Positions 19,703 through 29,001 of a DNA stretch of 64,000 nucleotides are shown one piece after another. How positions within the stretch are numbered: position 1 is the first letter of the stretch; each line of letters begins with the position of its first letter. The notes beneath the pieces are model-generated. The model was not told where the DNA came from, did no database searches, and was given only the letters and a program-made list of their open reading frames with translations. This DNA comes from Calditrichia bacterium (lineage in GTDB: Bacteria > Calditrichota > Calditrichia > RBG-13-44-9 > J075), in NCBI GenBank assembly GCA_050633245.1, contig JBOEGD010000011.1, forward strand, positions 224,001 through 288,000, given 5' to 3'. Position numbers and translations under genes: made by a program.

Positions 19703-20866
19703 CTAATTGGTGCCCAGCTGCTTCTTCAGCCGCTCTACATTCTGGCGATAAATGTCCGTATTGGCGTGATTGGTTTCCTTGGCCAATGTCCATGCCTTTG
19801 TATAACTTTCAAGCGCCAGCTTCGCGTCTCCATTGGCGTCATAAGCATCGCCCAAGCTGTCATATACGTTTGCAGACTCAGGGTATTTTTCGACATTTCG
19901 CTTTAATACTTTGATCGCTTCGGCGTATTCCTCGCTGCCGATGTAGCGATAGCCGAGTTGATTCACAACGCCCTCAGGGGTCGGAATGTCAAACCGGAAT
20001 TGCTTTGAAAGCTTTTTAAAATGAGCATCTATTTGCTTTAGTGTACCTTCGCGGGCTATTTCATTCGGCATTCGCCATCCTTCAAATAACATTGACAGGC
20101 CGTCATAGGTCGTTTTGAAAGGAATACTGCCATGGCTTTCGTCAGGCATGTATTCATATGCCCAGCGAATTTGCTCAGCACCATATTCTTCAAGTGTGTT
20201 TGCAAGGCGCTGTATGGGCTCCAGCATGCGAGGGCCTTCTTCGCCCATAGTCATGTAGAGAAATTTGTCGGTGGTAAGTTCTCTACTGAATTCACGTTCT
20301 GCATCGACAAGTAGACGTTGATTATCCCACCATAAGCTTGGGCTAATGGCAATATAGGCGTCAAACGATTCCGGTTCCGTCAGCAGGGTATTGATAGCAA
20401 AGAGTCCGCCGAAGGAGTGACCAATTAGCAGCTCGAATTTCTCGGTGCGATAGTTATTGTTGATGTGCGGCTTTAGTTCACTATTGATAAACTTTAAAAA
20501 TGCTCTGGCACCGCCACCGGCAGTGCGCGTGGTATCGTACTTCATTTCCGGCGTTAAGTCGCGGGTGCGATCCGTATTGGCAATTGCCACAATAATCATT
20601 TGAGGAGCATTTCCTCGACCAGAGAGAAAATCCAGCGAACCAAGCGTGTGCTTATAGTGTCCGGGGCCGTCCAATAAATAGAGCACCGGATAACGTCGCG
20701 TGCTGTTTTCATAGCCATCGGGATGCGATACCCATATAGTGCGTTCTTCGCCGAGCACTTTAGACGTAATGGTAATTTGTTCGCCACTGACAATTGGCCT
20801 CGGTTCGTTAGCGAAGAGGGGTATTAAAAATAGAAGAACAAAAAAGGTTGTTAACAGCTTTTGCAT
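19703..20866 (-). CDS. Secreted alpha/beta esterase (IroE-like) with C-terminal TPR
   Basis: YPVLYLLDG, RTRDLTP, GHSFGG, SPSLWW; TPR YPESANVYDSLGDAY. Confidence 0.88.
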   Translation of the reverse strand: MQKLLTTFFVLLFLIPLFANEPRPIVSGEQITITSKVLGEERTIWVSHPDGYENSTRRYPVLYLLDGPGHYKHTLGSLDFLSGRGNAPQMIIVAIANTDRTRDLTPEMKYDTTRTAGGGARAFLKFINSELKPHINNNYRTEKFELLIGHSFGGLFAINTLLTEPESFDAYIAISPSLWWDNQRLLVDAEREFSRELTTDKFLYMTMGEEGPRMLEPIQRLANTLEEYGAEQIRWAYEYMPDESHGSIPFKTTYDGLSMLFEGWRMPNEIAREGTLKQIDAHFKKLSKQFRFDIPTPEGVVNQLGYRYIGSEEYAEAIKVLKRNVEKYPESANVYDSLGDAYDANGDAKLALESYTKAWTLAKETNHANTDIYRQNVERLKKQLGTN

Positions 20867-21101
20867 AATGCCTCCGAATGCAATGATGATTTATGACTGA
20901 TGATTTATTCGTTATACTTGATCTCATTAACGATTCGAAAAGCTCAACGTATTGCGTCACACCGAGCGTAGTCGAGGCGCTGGGACAGACAAATCTTCCC
21001 TGTCCGGCATCTGATTTTAGAATGATAATAGATAATTATACCTCGAGCAATGGAAAACAATAGCAACGAACTCCCCTGGAATGCAAGTAACACAATGAGA
21101 A

Positions 21102-22001
21102 CTACAACGTTGCTAAACTCATGTTTACCATCGCACCTGCAACGTGCCCACTTGAAACGGCAAGTGTAACCGAACGCATGGGGGATGCACAGTCGCCACA
21201 AGCGAATACGCCTTCAAGACTGCTTTGTTGACCCATGTCGACTTCAATATGCCCTGATTCGATCATTGCGCAACCGAGGCTCTCAGGCAGTATACAGTGT
21301 TGAGTTGAAGGGACGGTTGCATACATTGCAGATAAACGTATCTGTTCTCCGTTCTGTAAAATGACGTGATTCATTCGCCCGTTATCATGTTCTATTTTAA
21401 CTACCTCAGACTCCACAATCTCGATATTGTTTCGTTTTAATGCTGCGTGCTGCTCCTCTGAGAACTCAGCTTGCCCATTTGTCAAAAGGACAATGTCTTT
21501 TGATAAGTTGTAAACCAGCATTGCATAATGGAATGCAATTTCTCCGTTTGCCATGATGCCCGTTTTCTGATCACGGACCTCATAGCCATGACAGTATGGG
21601 CAGTGTATTACCGAGATTCCCCAGCATTCGGCAAATCCCGGTATGTTTGGCATCTCATCCTTTACACCGCTGGCAAAAATGAGTCGCTTTCCGCTTAGAA
21701 CGTCCCGGTTTTGCGTCTCAATTTCGAAGCCCTCTTCAATGCTTCTACCTGAAACGACCGTGTCACTTAGAAACGAAATGGACTCGTATTGTGCAACCTG
21801 TTCCTTTGCGAGAGAAGCAATTTCTTTCGGGGGTTTACCATCCTGCGTTAAAAAATTGTGAGAGTACGGGGTCTGGCGATTACAGGGATTCCCGCTATCA
21901 ATTATCAAAGTCTTCCGTAAGGAACGTCCAAGCGTCATCGCTGCAGCGAGCCCGGCATAACTACCTCCGACAATTATGACATCATACTCTTTCTTGCTCA
22001 T
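21102..22001 (-). CDS. NAD(P)/FAD-dependent oxidoreductase, thioredoxin reductase-like
   Basis: GGSYAGLAAA, HCPYCHGYE, VFACGD. Confidence 0.9.
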   Translation of the reverse strand: MSKKEYDVIIVGGSYAGLAAAMTLGRSLRKTLIIDSGNPCNRQTPYSHNFLTQDGKPPKEIASLAKEQVAQYESISFLSDTVVSGRSIEEGFEIETQNRDVLSGKRLIFASGVKDEMPNIPGFAECWGISVIHCPYCHGYEVRDQKTGIMANGEIAFHYAMLVYNLSKDIVLLTNGQAEFSEEQHAALKRNNIEIVESEVVKIEHDNGRMNHVILQNGEQIRLSAMYATVPSTQHCILPESLGCAMIESGHIEVDMGQQSSLEGVFACGDCASPMRSVTLAVSSGHVAGAMVNMSLATL

Positions 22002-22285
22002 TACTAATCCCTTTATACTTGCCGAATTTTAGTGTGAAAAAGGTAGACAACATTTCTTTTATCAAGACGCTTTAATCTCAGACATATATAAAATTGAAAG
22101 CCATAGATTTTATGCTTCAATAATGAGCAATAAGGCTGGGATATGTATTTGATGAACCTCAAAGTTGTTACGTCTCTTGAGTCTTGGAGGTTTCAACTGC
22201 TAATAGAAACTTTTTCGCTTTTCCGTGGCCCTTGTTTTGTGTGGTATGCAGCCTGAAGTTATGAGAATTGAAGAAATGAACTGTA

Positions 22286-23740
22286 TCAGCTGGATGTCTG
22301 GATCAGGCTTTGGCCAACCTCGCTAATAACCTCAAGCAGGTAATCTGTCGTGGCCTCGGTCTTTCTATGATTGATTAAACATGCTCGTAAAACGAACTCG
22401 CCTTTCAACTTTGTGCCGGTAATGAAAACGCGACCATCTTTTTCCAAGGCCGGAATCAGGTCTTTATTTAGCTGAATAATCTGTTCGGTATTAGTTAATC
22501 CACCGGTGTAACGAAAACAGCTGATTGCCAGCTTCGACATCGCAACAAGCTCGAAGTTATTTGATTTTCTCACCTGTTTGTTCAGGTAATTGGTAAGGTC
22601 GATGTCTTTCTGCATCATGGCTTTAATGCGTCTCATGCCGAATGCCTTGATGCTCATCCATACCTTCAGCGCCTTGGCGCTTCTGGACAATAGGAAGTGA
22701 TGCTCATTAAATTCTAGTCTGCCAGTGCCTTGTTCAAGCGATTTATCCAGATAGGTAGCCTCTTTAAAGTAGGAGCGTTTTAAATGGCTCCAGCTCTTAA
22801 CCAGTAAACATCCTACCTCAAATGGCTGATATAGCCACTTGTGAAAATCGAGCGCAACAGAGTCTGCCAAATCGATTCCCTTATACAGATGTCTTTTCGA
22901 ATCCAGGGATGCAATTAAACCGCCATATGCACCGTCGACGTGAAACCAGAGGTTGTATTCCTTTGCAACGCTTGCTATCGCGGCTAAATCGTCAATTGCC
23001 CCGGTGTTGACCGTTCCGGCATTGCCGATGACGCAAAATGGCTTTAGATCATCTTTAATGTCCTTCCGGATCTGTTCTTGCAGTGCCACAATATTGATCG
23101 TGAAATCGGCATTGCTCGGAATACAACGTAGTTGGTTCGAGCCAATGCCAAGTAGCTGAATGCTTTTGTCTACGCTGTTGTGCGTTTCATCGGAACAGTA
23201 AACGACCATCGGTTTCATTCCAAACATGCCTTTTGCCCGAACTCCGGCATCCTCAAAATAAATATTTCTGGCAACAGTCAGGCCATCCAAGTTTGCCGAA
23301 GATCCGCTGGAACCGATAAATCCACCGATATCTGAGCCAAATCCAATTAATTCCGCCGCCCATTGAATAACGCGCTTATCGATCTCCGTAATGGCTGGGG
23401 ACAGGTGCCATTTGGCCACGTTCTGATTAATGGTTGCCGCAAGCTGATCTGCAACGATTCCCACCTGATTTCCACCCGCCATTACGTAGGCATACATATG
23501 TGGCCCGAGATTGCCGGTTGCCGTATTCAGCACCTTCTCTTCTACCATCTGCAGCAGCTCCTTCACCGGCATGCCGTCTTCCGGCAGACTTTCTTTAAAC
23601 CAGCTTTCTACCTCGGTCTGCTCGAAATAGCGATAGCCTTTTAGGTTCATAACGTCTTCAAAGTGCTTTAATATCAGCTCGTTGCTCTGGTTCAGTAGCG
23701 TCTTGAATTCTTCTTGCGAAAAGTCTAGGGAGTTTTTCAT
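22286..23740 (-). CDS. Group II PLP-dependent amino acid decarboxylase
   Basis: AGTVNTGAIDDL, WFHVDGAYGG, DSVALDFHKWLY, LRACLINHR. Confidence 0.9.
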   Translation of the reverse strand: MKNSLDFSQEEFKTLLNQSNELILKHFEDVMNLKGYRYFEQTEVESWFKESLPEDGMPVKELLQMVEEKVLNTATGNLGPHMYAYVMAGGNQVGIVADQLAATINQNVAKWHLSPAITEIDKRVIQWAAELIGFGSDIGGFIGSSGSSANLDGLTVARNIYFEDAGVRAKGMFGMKPMVVYCSDETHNSVDKSIQLLGIGSNQLRCIPSNADFTINIVALQEQIRKDIKDDLKPFCVIGNAGTVNTGAIDDLAAIASVAKEYNLWFHVDGAYGGLIASLDSKRHLYKGIDLADSVALDFHKWLYQPFEVGCLLVKSWSHLKRSYFKEATYLDKSLEQGTGRLEFNEHHFLLSRSAKALKVWMSIKAFGMRRIKAMMQKDIDLTNYLNKQVRKSNNFELVAMSKLAISCFRYTGGLTNTEQIIQLNKDLIPALEKDGRVFITGTKLKGEFVLRACLINHRKTEATTDYLLEVISEVGQSLIQTSS

Positions 23741-23944
23741 TTGTTGGCTTATTCCATGGCGTTGTTTTGGTTGAACTGTTAAAACATAAGCTGGATTCGG
23801 TTCACTTGCCAGAAATTTGAGATAGATTTAGTTTGGAGGTGGGAGATGGAAATAAAAAAGGCGGAGAAACTAGTAGTTAGAATTGTATACCCAACAAACC
23901 AGAACAATTAATATTAGACACAAACGTTATGAGAAAAACTGTTT

Positions 23945-24493
23945 ATGAGAAAAACCATTTTAATCTTTGCATTTCTTAGTAGTATGCTTTCCATACAGGC
24001 ACAAACAGATGGTGAACAATTAAAAGATAAAAAAGTAACATTAGGCTTGCGTACTGGTTATGAATTTCAAGCTAACAGTAGTAGTCTAAGTTATGAACTT
24101 AAATTACCGTTGATAGGAATTTGGTCCGATTTTAAGTTTAGTGACAATTGGAGTTTACAATTAGAATTAAACCTAAGGTCTGAAAAAAGAGAAAGACTTT
24201 TTAATAATGGTTTTAGAGAATCTATTGATGAGCTTTATTTAACAGGCCCGGTATTGTTAAAATTTCACCTTAACAAAAAGTTTAACATATATACTGGTAC
24301 GCAAGTTTTGTCAGCTTCTTTAGTAAATGATATTTTTGGCATAAAAAAATGGAATGGTATTCTGGGTATAGAATATTTTACAGTAAAAAATATCTTTTTT
24401 GACGCGCGCTTTAGACATGGTTTTGAGGGACAAAGATCCATTAACAACTTTCGAGATAACAGAATAAGTATTGGTATTGGCTATAAATTTTAA
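23945..24493 (+). CDS. Outer-membrane beta-barrel protein
   Basis: Signal peptide; amphipathic strands; C-terminal ISIGIGYKF beta-signal; markedly AT-rich. Confidence 0.8.
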   Translation: MRKTILIFAFLSSMLSIQAQTDGEQLKDKKVTLGLRTGYEFQANSSSLSYELKLPLIGIWSDFKFSDNWSLQLELNLRSEKRERLFNNGFRESIDELYLTGPVLLKFHLNKKFNIYTGTQVLSASLVNDIFGIKKWNGILGIEYFTVKNIFFDARFRHGFEGQRSINNFRDNRISIGIGYKF

Positions 24494-24598
24494 ACAAAAA
24501 AATAACTTCTATAGCAGGTTTGGTGTTGGGCAATTGTTGGGGAGCCAAAACAAAGAAAAACAACCCTGATAGTAAGTGATGGAAACATTTTTGGTGCC

Positions 24599-24710
24599 TT
24601 GAAGACCATACAAGCCCTATGGAATTACGTGGGCGGTGACTTTGAATTAAATGGCTACGGCAATGGTGCGGGCAAACTCGGCATCGGTGACGCCGTTGAG
24701 GATACGGGCG
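24599..24710 (+). pseudogene. Degraded copy of the small membrane gene at 38793-39089
   Basis: IQALWNYVGGDFELNGYGN versus IEALWNHMGGGFELNGYGN (15/19 identical), then DAVED versus DAVAD. Confidence 0.75.
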
Positions 24711-24792
24711 ATTCCAAACCAGTCTCGTCGGGCAAGTTTCTCTTTGTGTTTTTGTATGTCTTGGATTACCTTTCGCTAAGCTAGTTGTGTAG

Positions 24793-25203
24793 AGCGGTGC
24801 AGTTGAGCCTTCAAAGGGAATTGTGATCAAGAATGTCACAAAATTCAAAGTTAACGCTAATTGGTTGTTGGTAGGTGAGGGATCTATGTTTAACTCCTCC
24901 GAAACGCCGGCCACTGAAATTAAAGATTTCCATCTTCAACTCGAGCCAGCCCTGGCTGAGGAATTAGAAGAGTTGAAGGGTAAGAGTAAGGATGAGTTGG
25001 CGAAAGAGGTCCTGAGGTTGGCTCAGCAGAATGAACAGTTGATTATTGCGATCGATATTCTGAGTCGGCTGAGGTCTCCGCTCGATTATAACCAGGCGAT
25101 TGAGAACCAGGTCGCTGTCTTAACACGAGCGGTAGATTCTCTTATGCAAAAAGATGAGGTGAGAGAGAAAGCAGAAAAGAAATCTGAAAAAGAAACCGCA
25201 TAG
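24793..25203 (+). pseudogene. N-terminally truncated XRE/CI-type phage repressor
   Basis: SGAVEPSK...FKVNANWLLVGEGSMF is the distal part of a Cro/C1 HTH; in-frame TAG at 24790-24792 and no N-terminal helices; coiled-coil C-terminus. Confidence 0.65.
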
Positions 25204-25254
25204 ATTTTATCACAAGTTCATTTAAATACTTGTTTTAAACCTACCAAATAGAAC

Positions 25255-25283
25255 TTGCTACCAGCAGAAATCAGTTATAGATT
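25255..25283 (+). promoter_or_regulatory. Sigma70-like promoter
   Basis: TTGCTA-N17-TAGATT upstream of the TerB-like gene. Confidence 0.5.
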
Positions 25284-25399
25284 AATCGCTATAGTTGTAT
25301 AGTTTTATCTACTCCCCGTTTAGACTGACAATTTATCAAGCTGCAAATTGTTTTAATAACTAAGCAGATGCTAGTTATCTATTCCATTTTGGAGCGATC

Positions 25400-26689
25400 A
25401 TGCGTTTAACGGAAAAGGAAAAAACTGATTACCTTTCTAATTTAGTTGCCATTTCACGAATTGATGGTAAGCTTACCGCTTCCGAGGAAAATCAGCTTGG
25501 CGAGATTCAAAAGCGTATTCGAGCGAAGAAATCCCAACTAAACACAGCAGTGCAAATGGCAGAAAAACAAGGCTTTCAGCCACAAGTTTTCGAGTCATTC
25601 TCGGCTCAAGTGTCAAACTTGGAAGATATGGTTTATATAGCATTTATCGATGGAGACCTAGATGAGGCAGAGAAGAATTTTTTGATGAACTATTCCCAAA
25701 AAATTGGAATAGCTTTGCCCCAATTTAAAGCCATTGTTCAATCTGTTCAGAAGAACCTGGAGGCAGTTAAAGAGGCTAAGGATTGCCCTAAATGTAAATC
25801 TCCAGCCCAAGGCACAGCCAAGTTCTGTGCAAACTGCGGATCCTCTCTTGAAAATATTAGTCGTGACGATCAAGTATTATCTACCACATATCAAATTCCT
25901 AATAACGGTATCACCATAGAATTCGCTGAATCGACCGGTGCTGGATTTCCAAATGCTATTGAAATCTATAACACAGCGCCAATTAAAGCTGAAAGCGTCA
26001 AAGGGAAAAAGACTTGGTACATGGCTTCGTGGCCAAGCAATCAAATGCCGGAAGTGTTAAAGATCGTCGAGGCTCTTTCAGGTCTAAGAAACAGAGCAGT
26101 TTATTTAAATGGTGAAAAAGGCAACTGGACTGACGTATTTAGTTTTTCATACTGCTATAACCGCAGAAATAGTGCGTATAGGCCATTCGAGTACTGCTTT
26201 GGTCTTGGAGAAAAGAGATTGAATATTTGGGGTTGCCAACTTGCTCGGATGGATTGGGCCCATTGGGCGGACTGGTTTTCATATGGAAAGTATGTAGAAT
26301 TAGGTGGTGATAAGGTCAAGTTTGTTTTTGACAAAGACAGAATTAAACATGAATTACAAAACAACTTATTTGGCGCCCGCCTTTGTCCACACATGAATAG
26401 TAAATTAGTAGCTGCAATATTATCGGAATTCCCTGACGAAGTTTTTCCAACTATTAAAGATGGTCCTTGGCACTTTAGAAGAGATTACGCTGATTCTCCA
26501 GGAGCCATAAAAATCACTGTCTCAGAGGGGAGTGGTGACTGGGAGTTCAGAACAGAGTATTATTCCTCAGCGGTAGAACCAGCAGATTCTAGTGTAGGTC
26601 TCAAAATCCTTCGTAACGCTTTAGAAAAAGCTCAAATTGCTAGTGACAACTTTGCTGGAGTATTGCAATACAAAGGAGTAGAGGAATAA
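25400..26689 (+). CDS. TerB-like domain + zinc ribbon + uncharacterised C-terminal domain
   Basis: Two TerB-like segments (ISRIDGKLTASE; IAFIDGDLDEAEK); CPKC...CANCG ribbon. Confidence 0.7.
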   Translation: MRLTEKEKTDYLSNLVAISRIDGKLTASEENQLGEIQKRIRAKKSQLNTAVQMAEKQGFQPQVFESFSAQVSNLEDMVYIAFIDGDLDEAEKNFLMNYSQKIGIALPQFKAIVQSVQKNLEAVKEAKDCPKCKSPAQGTAKFCANCGSSLENISRDDQVLSTTYQIPNNGITIEFAESTGAGFPNAIEIYNTAPIKAESVKGKKTWYMASWPSNQMPEVLKIVEALSGLRNRAVYLNGEKGNWTDVFSFSYCYNRRNSAYRPFEYCFGLGEKRLNIWGCQLARMDWAHWADWFSYGKYVELGGDKVKFVFDKDRIKHELQNNLFGARLCPHMNSKLVAAILSEFPDEVFPTIKDGPWHFRRDYADSPGAIKITVSEGSGDWEFRTEYYSSAVEPADSSVGLKILRNALEKAQIASDNFAGVLQYKGVEE

Positions 26690-26812
26690 ATCATGAAGAT
26701 TAGTATTAATATCGGTCGCCACCTATAAAATTAAAGGCTATGTGAGCAGTGCGGGGTGGATGTGGTTTACATTTTTACAAAGAATGTGAGTTGGTTGAAT
26801 AAGGAGATTCAG

Positions 26813-27961
26813 GTGGAAAATTGGTTTTATTATCTGATTGCGGGTACAATCATCTATCAGATCGGCAAGTATTCTACAAGCTCACAAATAAGAGATTTGG
26901 GAAAGAAAAAAGAAGCTGCGATGGATGGACTACGAAAAGCCGTGGTCCGAATTGAATATTACAGAGGGTTGTTTGAGTCCGCATTGACAGATTTAAAAAA
27001 AGATTCGGTACTACTACCCCGACTTGCTCATTGGGCTGAAGCCGTCCAAAAACATCATGATGAAGTCCTCGCTGATTTATTAGAGACCAAAAAGCGACCA
27101 GCGTATAAAGCCGCGGATGTGGTTCGAGAAGTCAAATCAGAAGCGAGACTACGAAAAAAAGAGTTGGATGTCGCTTTGAATCGAGTCAGCTTATATGAAT
27201 CACTTGCTCCATGGCTCATCGAGTATACTGACATACCATTGGATGAAATGTTGGACTCCTTGAGGTATGACAAGCGTCAAGAAGAAATGCATGCTTCTTC
27301 CGAGGATCCAGTATCGTTATATGTGCCTAAATCTGAGTGGCAATTGATGTCGGTTGCAGAAAGAGATCAATTAGCTCTAGATCGTTATTGTAATCCATCC
27401 AGGAAAAAAAGTCCTTGGGCAGCAGGAATTGAATATGAACGATATATTGGGTATTTATTTGAGAAAAAAGGTTACCAAGTAAATTATTTTGGTGCAACAA
27501 AGGGCAAGGAAGATCTGGGTATTGACTTAGTTTGCTCAAGTCCTATTCAGATACTTATCATTCAGTGCAAAAGACTCTCAGCCGAGAAGGGGATTCCAGT
27601 AAGAGAAAATGTAATAGCGCAAATCTATGGTAGTGCTATGTATTATAAAATGACACACAAAGTCACCGCTGCGATCAAGCCGGTTTTATTTACAACCTAT
27701 GAGCTTTCTGAGGAAGCCAGAAAGTTTGCAATTTTTCTCGGTGTGCAGGTTAGAGAACATACCGAAATCAAGCCATATCCTATGATTAAATGCAATATTT
27801 CTAAAAGAACCGGTGAAAAGATCTACCACTTGCCCTTTGATCAACAATATGACAAGGTAATTATAGGTGATGTAGATGGTGAATTTTATGCTAATAATAT
27901 CAATGAAGCTCAGAGAGCCGGATTTAGACGTGCTTTCAGATGGAAGGGGGCTGCTGTTTAG
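26813..27961 (+). CDS. Membrane-anchored PD-(D/E)xK (Mrr_cat-like) endonuclease
   Basis: YERYIGYLF...GY.V...EDLGIDLV...IIQCKR; N-terminal hydrophobic segment and coiled coil; C-terminal IKCNIS..GEKIYHLP...EAQRAGFR domain; GTG after AAGGAG. Confidence 0.75.
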   Translation: MENWFYYLIAGTIIYQIGKYSTSSQIRDLGKKKEAAMDGLRKAVVRIEYYRGLFESALTDLKKDSVLLPRLAHWAEAVQKHHDEVLADLLETKKRPAYKAADVVREVKSEARLRKKELDVALNRVSLYESLAPWLIEYTDIPLDEMLDSLRYDKRQEEMHASSEDPVSLYVPKSEWQLMSVAERDQLALDRYCNPSRKKSPWAAGIEYERYIGYLFEKKGYQVNYFGATKGKEDLGIDLVCSSPIQILIIQCKRLSAEKGIPVRENVIAQIYGSAMYYKMTHKVTAAIKPVLFTTYELSEEARKFAIFLGVQVREHTEIKPYPMIKCNISKRTGEKIYHLPFDQQYDKVIIGDVDGEFYANNINEAQRAGFRRAFRWKGAAV

Positions 27962-28005
27962 CCACCAGCTTTCGGTTTAAAGAGGAAAACTAAAGAGATT
28001 ATAAT

Positions 28006-28824
28006 ATGCCAATTAAAGAGTTTTTAGAAGAATACCCGCTATATAAAAAATACACAGAGGTCACTATTCCTATTAGTTTCAAAGCACTTGCCAAAGATGC
28101 GGTTAAGATGCATTGTCCAAATTGCAGTGAGAAACATACATTCAATTGGTATTTGGAACATCATTACGGTCACTATTCACATATCAAGACTTTACAAACA
28201 GGTGGACAAATAGTGCGTTGCGTATATCTCTGCACCCATTGCTCAAAATTCAAGAGATACTTTGCCGTTAAAATTGCCGATGATCGAACTTGGTTTATGA
28301 AAGTTGGTCAATTCCCTCCCTGGGATATCTCTGGAAATATAAACATTGAGAACATTTTGGGCGAGTACGCAAACTTTTATAAAAAGGGTCTAATTAATGA
28401 ATCACAAGGATATGGCATAGGCGCTTTCGGCTACTACCGGAGGATCGTTGAAGAAACGATAGACAAATTATTAGACGAAATAACTGAGTTAATTGTTGGA
28501 GATAAACTTGCTGAATACCAGACTGCATTGGATGCAACTAAGAAAACAACCATTACTACTGAGAAAATTAACTTAGTCAAAGATCTTCTGCCACCTATAT
28601 TGAGACCAGATGGAATGAATCCACTTTCAGAACTACACTCGACCTTAAGTGATGGCCTTCATGCAAGATCCGACGATGAGTGTTTGAAATATGCGGCTAC
28701 ATGCCGTGAAATCCTTGTTTTCCTGGTTGATCAAGTTGCAGCAAGCAGAGAAGCAGCAAAGAGCTTCACGCAAAACATGAAAAAGTTATTAGAGAGAAAA
28801 AGCAAAAGGCTCCCGGAGAATTAA
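28006..28824 (+). CDS. Zn-finger + DUF4145/HEPN-like protein
   Basis: CPNC and CTHC pairs; GIGAFGYYRRIVE and LSDGLH motifs. Confidence 0.55.
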   Translation: MPIKEFLEEYPLYKKYTEVTIPISFKALAKDAVKMHCPNCSEKHTFNWYLEHHYGHYSHIKTLQTGGQIVRCVYLCTHCSKFKRYFAVKIADDRTWFMKVGQFPPWDISGNINIENILGEYANFYKKGLINESQGYGIGAFGYYRRIVEETIDKLLDEITELIVGDKLAEYQTALDATKKTTITTEKINLVKDLLPPILRPDGMNPLSELHSTLSDGLHARSDDECLKYAATCREILVFLVDQVAASREAAKSFTQNMKKLLERKSKRLPEN

Positions 28825-29001
28825 ATGCGAGCTAGGCTCCGGCTGTCTAGAATTGATGATCGTAGAATCACGAAGTTAAGCACCACCAGAAGTTAAAATC
28901 TCCCCAACATACTCGAGTATCGAGACTATAATACATTTCTATCTACATGTAAAAGGTGATGTTGCTGCTATAGTTACTGGAATCCAACAGGAATATGCGA
29001 T

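Noticed and set aside
23750-24600. attL/attR duplication of the tRNA-Thr 3' end at the left island edge
   Set aside because: I found no copy of AGCCACCGAGCGGAGTCGAACC by eye; island boundaries therefore remain approximate
24441-24914. 157-aa minus-strand ORF at the island edge
   Set aside because: Spans two plus-strand pseudogene fragments and the OMP gene end; composition is not protein-like
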